A stretch of 64,000 bases of DNA, from positions 23,003 to 87,002 of the forward strand of contig JAKPUX010000233.1 of NCBI GenBank assembly GCA_029554865.1, in the 5' to 3' direction. The number at the start of each line of letters is the position of its first letter. The stretch's first letter is position 1. This DNA comes from a bacterium (lineage in GTDB: Bacteria > Zhuqueibacterota > Zhuqueibacteria > Residuimicrobiales > Residuimicrobiaceae). The position numbers were made by a program, and so were the translations under genes. The notes under the pieces are model-generated. The model made no database searches, was not told the DNA's origin, and was given only the letters and a program-made list of their open reading frames with translations. Shown in pieces: positions 56,124-64,000 of this stretch.

Positions 56124-57488
56124 TCATTCAAGATCGCTCAATCCATATTCGTTCATCTTGCGGTAGAGGGTGGCTTCGCCAATCTTGAGGGCGGCGGCGG
56201 TCCTGCCGCGGTGATAGTGGTTGCGGATCAGCTGTTCGCGGATGAACTCGCGCTCATACTGTTCCATGGCGCTCCTGAGGCTGTCCGCTTCCCGGGGGCG
56301 CCTGGCTGAAGCCTCGACCGGCTGCATGTCCCCCGGCAAGTCCTCCATGGCGATCACCTCCCCCGTGGTGAATATCATCAGTCTTTCAATGAAATTCTCC
56401 AGCTCGCGCACCTCTCCCTTCCATTCCCGTTTGACAATCATCTCCAATACCCCGGGATCCGCCCCCCTGACATGACGGTTCATCTGCCGGTTGTATTTCT
56501 GGATGAAATGGTCCACCAGCAAAGGGATGTCGCTGGGCCTCTCCCGCAGGGAGGGGATATGAATTTCGATGACATTCAGGCGGAAGTAGAGGTCTTCGCG
56601 GAACCGGCCGGCCTGGACCTCCTGCCAGAGATTGTGGTTGGTGGCGGCGATGGTGCGGACGTTGACAGGAAGGACGGCGGTCGCCCCGACCGGGAGGATC
56701 TCCCGGTTTTCCAGGGCGCGCAGCAGCTTGGCTTGCCCGGTGAGCGACATATCGCCGATTTCGTCGAGGAAAAGAGTCCCGTTGTGCGCAACCTTGAACA
56801 GGCCGTCCTTGTCCACTACCGCCCCCGTGAAGCTGCCACGCTTGTGACCGAAAAGTTCGCTCTCCATCAGGGTTTCGGTGATGGCGCCGCAGTTGATGGC
56901 CACGAAACGACCCTTGCGCCTGGGGCTGTTGTAATGAATCGCCTTGGCCACCAGCTCCTTGCCCGTGCCACTGTTGCCGGTAATCAGGACATGGCTGTCG
57001 CTGTCGGAAACCTTGCGAATGGTGGCGAAGAGCTTTCTGATCGCCGGACTCTTGCCGATGATATTGCTGAAATCGTACTGGGCATTGATCTCCTGACGCA
57101 GGGCCTGGTTTTCCTGCACCAGCTCCTTGTGCTCGAGCAGCTTTTTGACCTTGATCGCCACATCCTCAAAATTGAGGGGCTTGAGCAGATAGTCATAGGC
57201 CCCCTTGCGCAGAGCCTCCAGGGCGGTCTCGAGAGAGGCATAGGCCGTGATGATGATGAAGGAAGCGCGCAGGTTCAGTTCGGCGCTTTTTTCCATCAGT
57301 TCGATCCCGGTCATCAAGGGCATGGAAATATCGGTGACCACGACGTCATACTCCCCGGCGCCGAGCATCTCCAGGGCCTGTTGTCCGTTGCTGGCCTGGT
57401 CACAGGCGAAGCCGCGGCTGACCAGCATGGAGACCAGAATCTCACGGGTGATGTCGTCATCTTCCACGATGAGCACACGCTGTGCCAT
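56124..57488 (-). CDS. sigma54-dependent Fis-family response regulator (NtrC type)
   Basis: Receiver VLIVEDDD...DVVVTDISMP, AAA+ domain with GNSGTGKE, GSFTGA and ESELFGH, and C-terminal HTH AAALKIGEATLYRK. Start is ATG 57488 after AAGGAG, 4 nt downstream of the kinase stop. Confidence 0.92.
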   Translation of the reverse strand: MAQRVLIVEDDDITREILVSMLVSRGFACDQASNGQQALEMLGAGEYDVVVTDISMPLMTGIELMEKSAELNLRASFIIITAYASLETALEALRKGAYDYLLKPLNFEDVAIKVKKLLEHKELVQENQALRQEINAQYDFSNIIGKSPAIRKLFATIRKVSDSDSHVLITGNSGTGKELVAKAIHYNSPRRKGRFVAINCGAITETLMESELFGHKRGSFTGAVVDKDGLFKVAHNGTLFLDEIGDMSLTGQAKLLRALENREILPVGATAVLPVNVRTIAATNHNLWQEVQAGRFREDLYFRLNVIEIHIPSLRERPSDIPLLVDHFIQKYNRQMNRHVRGADPGVLEMIVKREWKGEVRELENFIERLMIFTTGEVIAMEDLPGDMQPVEASARRPREADSLRSAMEQYEREFIREQLIRNHYHRGRTAAALKIGEATLYRKMNEYGLSDLE

Positions 57489-57492
57489 GACC

Positions 57493-58245
57493 TCAGACTC
57501 CTTCCTCTTCACTGAGAGCCGGCAGGATGATCTCCACGCATGTTCCCCTCCCCGGCTCGCTCGCAAGGCTGATTGTACCGCCATGGGCCGTTATAATGGC
57601 CCGGCTGATAAACAGCCCCAGACCGCTGCCCTTGCTCCCCCTGGTGGTGAACCAGGGGGTGAAAAGATGGGGCTGATCCGGGAGGGGGATCCCCGTTCCG
57701 CTGTCCGTCACCGACAGATGGACCTGGTCTCCTTCATGCCAGGACCTGAGCTGCAGTGAGCCGGCCGGCACGGCCTCGAGGGCATCGGCGGCATTAAGAC
57801 AGAGAGCGATGATAACCTGCAGCAGCTGGTCCGGGCTGGCCGAGACCTGTGGGATGGCTGCCTCCAGCTCGGTGCCCACCTCGCGATACTTGAGGCGGCG
57901 GTCGTACTTGACGATGCGCACCGCCTCCATGATCAGGCTGTTGAGGTAGACCTTCTCCCGGAGGGTGCACAGCGGCCGGGAAAAATCGACGATTGTACGC
58001 AGAATCTGCGTCAGCCGGTCCACCGCCTGCCCGATCTGTTTCAGGTTCTGCTCCACCAGGGGATCTGTGCTCTTCGCACTGAGAAACTGGGCTATCGAAG
58101 AGATCGCCATCAGGGGCGTGCCGGCATCATGGATGAATCCGGGCGCAAGCATGCTCATGGCATGCATCTTTTCCGCCTGCAGCAGATAATCACGCAATGG
58201 CGTCCTGTCCAGCTCCCCGGCTGCGGTCTCTTTCTCATCAGACAT
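57493..58245 (-). CDS. cytoplasmic histidine kinase (HisKA + HATPase only)
   Basis: H-box GFIHDAGTPLMAI, N-box ALCLNAADA and G-boxes DSGTGI / GSGLGL. No TM or sensor domain is evident. Start is ATG 58245 (MSDEKE). Confidence 0.8.
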   Translation of the reverse strand: MSDEKETAAGELDRTPLRDYLLQAEKMHAMSMLAPGFIHDAGTPLMAISSIAQFLSAKSTDPLVEQNLKQIGQAVDRLTQILRTIVDFSRPLCTLREKVYLNSLIMEAVRIVKYDRRLKYREVGTELEAAIPQVSASPDQLLQVIIALCLNAADALEAVPAGSLQLRSWHEGDQVHLSVTDSGTGIPLPDQPHLFTPWFTTRGSKGSGLGLFISRAIITAHGGTISLASEPGRGTCVEIILPALSEEEGV

Positions 58246-58365
58246 TACTGAACTCCCTTGCAAACTCGGTCGCTTTTTGCCGGTGCTTTCGAACAAGTTA
58301 ACAAAAAGAGCTCTGATTCGCAATTGAAAATCCCCCGGTCTGCTGCCGTCTCCGCATGTTTTACC

Positions 58366-58394
58366 TTGCATAAAATACATTATTTTAATATTTT
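58366..58394 (+). promoter_or_regulatory. sigma70-type promoter for tkt
   Basis: TTGCAT (58366-58371), 17 nt, TATTTT (58389-58394). AGGAGA RBS precedes ATG 58425. Confidence 0.45.
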
Positions 58395-58424
58395 CAAGCT
58401 GTATTCAGATCAGGAGAAAAGCAC

Positions 58425-60344
58425 ATGATCGCCAGAAACTTTGCCCAGGAAAAACTTGCCGAATCTACCATCAAGGAACTCGGGACACTCGCCCGCCAGT
58501 GCCGCGGCGATATTCTTAAAATGACCACCCTCGCGGCCAGCGGTCATCCCGGCGGCAGCATGTCCTCCATCGATTTTTACCTCACCGTCTTCGCCATGGC
58601 CAACGTCGATCCCTGCAATCCCTTCGCCCCGGGACGCGACCGCATCGTCACCAGTCACGGCCACACCTCTCCGGGCGTCTTCGCCGCACTCGGACGCCTC
58701 GGCTTTTTCGCGATCGAAGACGCGGTAACCCATTTCCGTCAGACCAACTCGCCCTTTGAGGGCCATGTCGAACGCGAGGTACCCGGGGTCGAGTGGGGCA
58801 CCGGCAATCTCGGTCAGGGCCTCAGCGCCCTGCTTGGCCTCGGCCTCGGAGCCAGACTGCAGGGCCATAACATCCAGCTCTACGGTTTTATGGGCGACGG
58901 AGAACAGCAGAAGGGCCAGATCGCAGAAGCCCGCCGCTTCGCCGTCAAGTACGGCATGACCAACGCCACGGTTTTTGTCGACTATAACCAACTCCAGATC
59001 AGCGGTCCGATCGCCAAGGTGATGCCACAGCAGATCCGCGCGGGCTGGGAAGCCGACGGCTGGAAGGTCTTGGAAATTGACGGCCACGATTACCAGGCGA
59101 TCTACCAGGCGATCCGTCAGGCCCACAGCCTGCCTGCCCCGGTGATGATTCTCGCCCACACCGTAATGGGCAAGGGAGTGCCCTCCATGGAAAACGACCA
59201 CAAGTGGCACGGACAAGCCCTGCCGATTGAGGAGTGCCGTAAAGCCCTGGCCCTGCTCGGCCTGACGGATGATCTCGACGCTCTCGTGGAACGCCGAAAA
59301 ACGCACAATCCAGCTGTCCCGCTCCTCCGGAGAGAGCACCTCTCGGCTGTTGCCGATCCAGGCACCCCGCGCACCTATGGCGCCGCTGAAAAAAATGACA
59401 ACCGCAGCGGCTGGGGAAACGCCCTCGAAGACATCGTCGCCGCCAACCATGGCCGCCTGCCGATCGCGGTTTTCGACTGCGACCTCGCCCCCTCGGTCAA
59501 GACCACCGCCATCGCCAAAAATTACCCGGATATTTTCTTTCAGGGCGGCATCCAGGAGCATAACACCGCCGCCCTCGCCGGGGCCTGTTCGGCCGAAGGG
59601 GTGCTCACCTACTGGGCCGATTTCGGGGTCTTCGGGGTCGCTGAAACCTTCAACCAGCATCGCCTCAACGATATCAACGGCACTAACTACAAGGTGGTCT
59701 GCACCCACGTCGGCCTCGATGTCGGCGAGGATGGCAAGACCCATCAATGCATCGATTACGTCGGAGCTTTTCAGAATCTCTTCGGTTTTAAGGTCATCGT
59801 GCCGGCCGATCCCAATCAGACCGACCGGGCCACCCGCTACATCTCCGCCACCCCGGGCAATTTTCTCCTCGCCATGGGACGCTCCAAGATGGGCATGGTG
59901 CTCGACGAGACGGGAGAGCCCTTTTACGGCGGCAGTTACTCTTTTGTCTACGGCAAGGCCGATCTGATCCGCAGCGGCGGCATGGGCGCCATCATCGCCA
60001 TGGGCGGGATGGTCGGCCGCGCAGTCAAGGCCTGGGAACTGCTCAAGGCGGAGGGCATCGAGGTCATGGTGCTCTCGATGGCCTGCCCATCGGATCCCGA
60101 CATGGAGGCCCTCGCCCGAGCAGCGAAAACCGGACTGATCGTGACTTACGAAGACCATCATGTCCGCACCGGCCTCGGCAGCGCCGTCGCCAATGCCCTG
60201 GCTGATGCCGGCCTGGCCACCCGCTTGATCAAACTGGGCATCGCCCGCTACGGCAGCTCGGGCATTCCCGACGAACTCTACCGCAGCCAGGGCCTCGATC
60301 CCGAAAACCTCGCCCGCACCTTCACGTCCGCTCTCAAGCGCTAG
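58425..60344 (+). CDS. tkt: transketolase
   Basis: SGHPGGSMSS and the ThDP motif FMGDGEQQKG; single-chain, about 640 aa. Confidence 0.9.
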   Translation: MIARNFAQEKLAESTIKELGTLARQCRGDILKMTTLAASGHPGGSMSSIDFYLTVFAMANVDPCNPFAPGRDRIVTSHGHTSPGVFAALGRLGFFAIEDAVTHFRQTNSPFEGHVEREVPGVEWGTGNLGQGLSALLGLGLGARLQGHNIQLYGFMGDGEQQKGQIAEARRFAVKYGMTNATVFVDYNQLQISGPIAKVMPQQIRAGWEADGWKVLEIDGHDYQAIYQAIRQAHSLPAPVMILAHTVMGKGVPSMENDHKWHGQALPIEECRKALALLGLTDDLDALVERRKTHNPAVPLLRREHLSAVADPGTPRTYGAAEKNDNRSGWGNALEDIVAANHGRLPIAVFDCDLAPSVKTTAIAKNYPDIFFQGGIQEHNTAALAGACSAEGVLTYWADFGVFGVAETFNQHRLNDINGTNYKVVCTHVGLDVGEDGKTHQCIDYVGAFQNLFGFKVIVPADPNQTDRATRYISATPGNFLLAMGRSKMGMVLDETGEPFYGGSYSFVYGKADLIRSGGMGAIIAMGGMVGRAVKAWELLKAEGIEVMVLSMACPSDPDMEALARAAKTGLIVTYEDHHVRTGLGSAVANALADAGLATRLIKLGIARYGSSGIPDELYRSQGLDPENLARTFTSALKR

Positions 60345-60367
60345 AACCTTCCCCCTTGCCCTGAACA

Positions 60368-60405
60368 AGAAAGCCTCTCCGGTCTATGGACCGGAGAGGC
60401 TTTCT
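60368..60405. terminator. bidirectional hairpin terminator between tkt and gpmI
   Basis: Perfect 15-17 bp stem: AAAGCCTCTCCGGTC (60370-60384), loop TATG, GACCGGAGAGGCTTT (60389-60403). Confidence 0.85.
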
Positions 60406-60439
60406 GCTTGATGGGCCGGGGCAGCTCCAGGGCTGCGGC

Positions 60440-62071
60440 TCACGCCTTTATTCTGATTAGCGACTGGTCATAGTCGGCCGGGGCCTCATATCCCAAAAGA
60501 TTGAACAGCGTGGCGGCGATGTTGCTCAAACCCTGATTGGCCAGCCCGGCCAACTCGTACTCCCCGGCATATTCCGGATCGACGATGACAAAGGGGACCG
60601 GATTGAGGGTGTGGGCGGTCTTGACCGACTTGACGCCCTTCTTCACTGTGAACATCTCGTCGGCATTGCCGTGGTCGGCGGTGACGACGGCAATACCCCT
60701 GAGCTCACGAACCAGCTGCAGCAGCACTCCGACGCACTCGTCAACGGTCTCCACCGCCTCGATCGCCGCCTCCATGATTCCGGTGTGACCGACCATGTCG
60801 CCGTTGGCAAAGTTGACCCGGCCGAAGCGGAACCGCCCGCTGCGCAGAAGTGCCCCGGCCTGCTCAGCGATCTCAACGGCCTTCATCTTCGGGGCCTTGT
60901 CGAACTGAATCCTGTCCGAGGGGATCTCGACAAATTTTTCCAGCTTTTCATCGATATAACCGGAGCGATTGCCGTTCCAGAAATAGGTCACATGCCCGTA
61001 CTTCTGGGTCTCCGAAAGAGCAAAGGAGGTGACCCCGGCCGCGCAAAGATATTCAGAAAGGACGCGATCGATTTCAGGCGGCGAAACCAGGTATTTGTGC
61101 GGGATGTGCAGGTCGCCGTCATACTCCATCATTCCGGCATAGAGCACATCGGGGCTGCGCTCGCGGTTAAAAGCATTAAAATCCCGCTCATCAAAAGCGC
61201 GCGAGATCTCGATGGCGCGATCACCACGAAAATTGAAATTCACCACGCCATCGCCGTCCTGGATGGTCCCAACCGGTTTTCCTGCGGCATCGACGATGAC
61301 AAAGGCGGGGAGGTACTGATCTGTCGCCTCGGCATCCTCAGCGTACATGCTCTCCACTGCCTCGGCGGCCGAGGAGAAGCCCCGGGCCCGGCCGAGGACG
61401 TGGGCATCCCAGCCGCGCTTGACCACTGTCCAGTCGGCGTTATAGCGGTCCATCGTCGTCACCATGCGCCCGCCTCCCGAAGCGATGCGAAAATCGCATC
61501 CCTGCTCCTGGTTGAGACGGGTGAGCAGCTCTTCGGTCTGTTGGATATAGGTGAGCGCAGTCCTGGCCCCGACATCGCGGCCATCGAGGAGTATATGCAG
61601 GCGCACCCGCCGCACACCCTCTTCCACGCAGTTTTCAAGCAGGGCAAAGAGCTGTCTGATATTGGAGTGAACATTCCCGTCCGAGAGCAGGCCGATGAAA
61701 TGCAGGGTTTTCCCGCTCTTGCCGCGACCGACCAACTCCTGCCAGATCCCGGTGGTGAAGATCTTCCCGCTGGCTATCGAGCCGTCCACGAGCTTGGCTC
61801 CCTGGGCGAAGACGCGCCCGGCACCGATTGCGTTGTGGCCCACCTCGCTGTTGCCCATATCCTCATCGGTGGGCAGGCCAACGGCGGTGCCGTGAGCCTT
61901 GAGACGGGTGAAAAAACGGCTGCGCAACAGTTCGTCCAGAACCGGCGTCCTGGCCATAAAGACCGCATTGGTTTCGTCTTCCCGGCCCAGGCCGACGCCA
62001 TCCATAATGATGAGCAGCAGGGGGCCGGGCCGGCCGGAAAAATGGGCGAGCTTTTTCAGTTGCAGATCCAT
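60440..62071 (-). CDS. gpmI: 2,3-bisphosphoglycerate-independent phosphoglycerate mutase
   Basis: LIIMDGVGLG and NSEVGHNAIGAGR (catalytic Ser region), and TADHGNAD near the C-terminus; 543 aa. Confidence 0.9.
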   Translation of the reverse strand: MDLQLKKLAHFSGRPGPLLLIIMDGVGLGREDETNAVFMARTPVLDELLRSRFFTRLKAHGTAVGLPTDEDMGNSEVGHNAIGAGRVFAQGAKLVDGSIASGKIFTTGIWQELVGRGKSGKTLHFIGLLSDGNVHSNIRQLFALLENCVEEGVRRVRLHILLDGRDVGARTALTYIQQTEELLTRLNQEQGCDFRIASGGGRMVTTMDRYNADWTVVKRGWDAHVLGRARGFSSAAEAVESMYAEDAEATDQYLPAFVIVDAAGKPVGTIQDGDGVVNFNFRGDRAIEISRAFDERDFNAFNRERSPDVLYAGMMEYDGDLHIPHKYLVSPPEIDRVLSEYLCAAGVTSFALSETQKYGHVTYFWNGNRSGYIDEKLEKFVEIPSDRIQFDKAPKMKAVEIAEQAGALLRSGRFRFGRVNFANGDMVGHTGIMEAAIEAVETVDECVGVLLQLVRELRGIAVVTADHGNADEMFTVKKGVKSVKTAHTLNPVPFVIVDPEYAGEYELAGLANQGLSNIAATLFNLLGYEAPADYDQSLIRIKA

Positions 62072-62261
62072 ATGATCAACCTTTCAAAATCATGTCCATT
62101 GCCGTGATGCACAGTAAAATATAAAATAGTAAAAAGCGGGATAAAATAAAAGCCCTTCTTCTCGCGCCGGGCGCCACCCTCAACAAAATAATTGATATAA
62201 TTCCCAAAATAGTTTATCTTGGTGCGACCAAAACCATCATCAGCTAGCCGGGATCGACCTC

Positions 62262-63014
62262 ATGACCTACAAAGATATCCTTCCCCTTGTCCATAAAAAT
62301 GACGAAAAAATCCTGCTGATCCTGCTCGGCGGCGTTGGCGGCATCCAATCCGGCCCCAATCTGCTCACCGAACTGCAGCAGGCGCATCGTCCCCACCTCA
62401 ACGCCCTGGCGCGCAAATCGGCCTGCGGTTTGCTTTTGCCGGTCGCTCCGGGCGTGACCCCTGCCGCCGATGCTGCCCTGAGACGCATGCTCGGCTGGGA
62501 AGAGGAGCAGGCCCCGACCTGGACGAGCGGGCTCGGGCTTGCAAGCTGCGCCCTCTCCGCCTCTCCGGAGTATCTCGCTCTCTTCACACAAGCCGGCATC
62601 AACGCCATCGCTTCGCCCGACGAGCCGGCAGGGTTGATCGACCGGGCCTGCGCCGAAATCTTGAAACACGACATGGTCATCCTCCACTATGCCGCCCCCG
62701 AAAAAGAAGGGCTGGCCGGCGGTTATTATGAGAAAATCAAGGCCATCGAGGATCTGGATCGTTTGATCCCGCAGCTTCTGGAATCCGCACCGGCCGTCGT
62801 CGCCGTCTGCGGCGACCACTCCTGCCCGAGTGCCCTGGGCGCGATCTCCTGGCACCCCGTGCCCCTTTTAATCCATGCCCTTACGGCACGTTATGACATG
62901 GTCCAAACCTACGATGAAATCGCCTGTACCGCCGGTGCCCTTGGCACGCTCCGCAGTGCCGAGCTGCTCCCCCTCCTGCTCGCCCATGCAGGAAAACTGG
63001 GCCCGGCACACTAG
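62262..63014 (+). CDS. shortened ApgM-like (archaeal-type iPGM/alkaline-phosphatase-core) protein with degenerate active-site residues
   Basis: LLILLGGVGG occupies the place of ApgM ...IDGLGD. AADAAL occupies the place of GSDTAHL. C-terminal CGDHSCP...WHPVPLLI is retained. At 250 aa versus about 400 aa it lacks the inserted cap domain. Confidence 0.45.
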   Translation: MTYKDILPLVHKNDEKILLILLGGVGGIQSGPNLLTELQQAHRPHLNALARKSACGLLLPVAPGVTPAADAALRRMLGWEEEQAPTWTSGLGLASCALSASPEYLALFTQAGINAIASPDEPAGLIDRACAEILKHDMVILHYAAPEKEGLAGGYYEKIKAIEDLDRLIPQLLESAPAVVAVCGDHSCPSALGAISWHPVPLLIHALTARYDMVQTYDEIACTAGALGTLRSAELLPLLLAHAGKLGPAH

Positions 63015-63024
63015 AGAGGTAAGT

Positions 63025-63732
63025 ATGGTTAAAAGCCCCGCGATTCCACCCGATCCCGGCAGCCTTTCCCCCGCTGTCATGGCCGGCCTTATCGACCACA
63101 CCCTCCTCAAACCCGAGGCTGTGGCCGCCCGGTTCGAAGAACTCTGCGACGAAGCGGCCCGCTATCGCTTCGCCACTGTCTGCGTGAATCCTGCCTGGGT
63201 GCGCTTTTGCGCCGAACGCCTCCAGGGTTCGGGTATCGGCCTTTGCTCGGTCGTCGGTTTTCCGCTTGGCAACATCACGCCGGAAGACAAGGCGGCGGAG
63301 GCCCGCAGGGCGGTCGGCAACGGCGCCACCGAGATTGACATGGTACTCCACGTCGGCTGGCTGAAATCGGGATTTGCTTCGTTGGTGCTGGAGGATATCG
63401 CCCGGGTGGTGGAGGCGTCCGCACCCCATGCGGTCAAGGTGATTCTCGAGACCTGCCTGCTCACGGAGGAGGAAAAGATCGCCGCCTGCGAGCTCGCCCG
63501 ATCGGCCGGAGCCCATTTTGTCAAGACTTCGACGGGATTCGGCAAGGGCGGAGCCACGGTGGAAGACATTGCCCTCATGCGCCGCTGCGTCGGGGAGGCC
63601 CTGGGCGTCAAGGCCTCGGGCGGGATTCGTGATCTGCCAACCGCACTGGCGATGATCGCCGCCGGGGCCAATCGCATTGGCACCAGCTCCGGAGTGACCA
63701 TCATCGAGGAGATAAAGCAACTTAACTCTTAA
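63025..63732 (+). CDS. deoC: deoxyribose-phosphate aldolase
   Basis: LIDHTLLKPEA, TVCVNPAWV, VKVILET and FVKTSTGFG (Schiff-base Lys). Start is ATG 63025 after GAGAGG; the ORF-track extension overlaps the previous gene. Confidence 0.92.
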   Translation: MVKSPAIPPDPGSLSPAVMAGLIDHTLLKPEAVAARFEELCDEAARYRFATVCVNPAWVRFCAERLQGSGIGLCSVVGFPLGNITPEDKAAEARRAVGNGATEIDMVLHVGWLKSGFASLVLEDIARVVEASAPHAVKVILETCLLTEEEKIAACELARSAGAHFVKTSTGFGKGGATVEDIALMRRCVGEALGVKASGGIRDLPTALAMIAAGANRIGTSSGVTIIEEIKQLNS

Positions 63733-63761
63733 AAAAAAAGCCCTCAAACGAGGGCTTTTTC
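63733..63761. terminator. bidirectional rho-independent terminator
   Basis: A-run, AGCCCTC-AAAC-GAGGGCT, then a T-run. It contains the stop codon of the convergent minus-strand gene. Confidence 0.8.
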
Positions 63762-64000
63762 CAGATTGGCAAGTAGCTGGGGGCTGACCGCCACCCCCTC
63801 CTTTTGTAGCCCCATGATGCAGGAGCCGATGGCGGGCTCGAAGCGGGGCTCGATAAACTCCGCACTCCGCACCACCTTCAGGGCCTCCTCGCGCATGAAG
63901 GGCATAAGCACATCGCGCTGATTGAAGATGCTGCCGATGAGTGCGACGGCGACCTCCCCCCCTTCACGGCCCATGCGTTTGGCGGCCCCGGCGACCAGTC
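63744..64000 (-). CDS. C-terminal fragment of a BadF/BadG/BcrA/BcrD-type ATPase (N-acetylglucosamine-kinase-like); runs off the window
   Basis: The tail ...VAVALIGSIFNQ...IEPRFEPAIGSCIMGLQ resembles the C-terminal end of the ASKHA-fold GlcNAc-kinase family. The reading frame stays open to the window edge. Confidence 0.4.
   Translation of the reverse strand, partial: LVAGAAKRMGREGGEVAVALIGSIFNQRDVLMPFMREEALKVVRSAEFIEPRFEPAIGSCIMGLQKEGVAVSPQLLANLEKALV

Noticed and set aside
1-64000. Search for tRNA or rRNA genes, CRISPR repeats, IS/transposase or integrase genes, and long direct repeats.
   Set aside because: None seen. All intergenic gaps are 434 nt or shorter, lack cloverleaf-like or repeat-spacer periodicity, and no ORF shows DDE, tyrosine-recombinase or serine-recombinase motifs.

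Overview
GC-rich bacterial chromosomal segment from a diderm organism. It is densely packed with about 55 protein genes; roughly 14.4-47.5 kb is one long run of minus-strand genes. I found no rRNA, tRNA, CRISPR array, transposase or obvious prophage. Most of the content is cell-envelope and outer-membrane biogenesis: lpxK, lpxB, an LpxL-like acyltransferase, two GT9 heptosyltransferases, a TonB-dependent receptor with DUF4249/DUF3108 partners, a LolB-like lipoprotein, a TPR lipoprotein, and several GT2/GT4 glycosyltransferases, methyltransferases and a YfhO-type membrane protein. The rest is central metabolism (nadB, glgC, tkt, gpmI, deoC, plsY, rnz, tsaC) and signalling genes. The TBDR/DUF4249/DUF4292/PATAN repertoire is reminiscent of FCB-group or candidate-phylum genomes, but taxonomy cannot be assigned from this window. 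Five loci stand out. (1) A minus-strand operon at 22.6-28.0 kb encodes two receiver-PATAN(DUF4388) proteins whose phospho-acceptor Asp is replaced by Glu. It also encodes two degenerate small-GTPase-like domains, a Cys-rich helical protein and a membrane MA-type metallopeptidase. (2) A HerA/FtsK-type P-loop ATPase with a coiled-coil tail lies directly upstream of archease and RtcB (50.7-55.1 kb), followed by an AT-rich island with a near-consensus promoter and a long untranslated region. (3) An NtrC-type activator is followed by a terminator, a good sigma54 -24/-12 element, an unclassifiable 370-aa protein and a zf-HC2 anti-sigma factor. (4) A FakA(Dak2)-FakB(DegV) single-polypeptide fusion sits next to plsY. 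(5) A shortened ApgM-like protein that has lost catalytic residues lies next to canonical gpmI. All functional calls come from motif recognition by eye, and none was verified by a database search.
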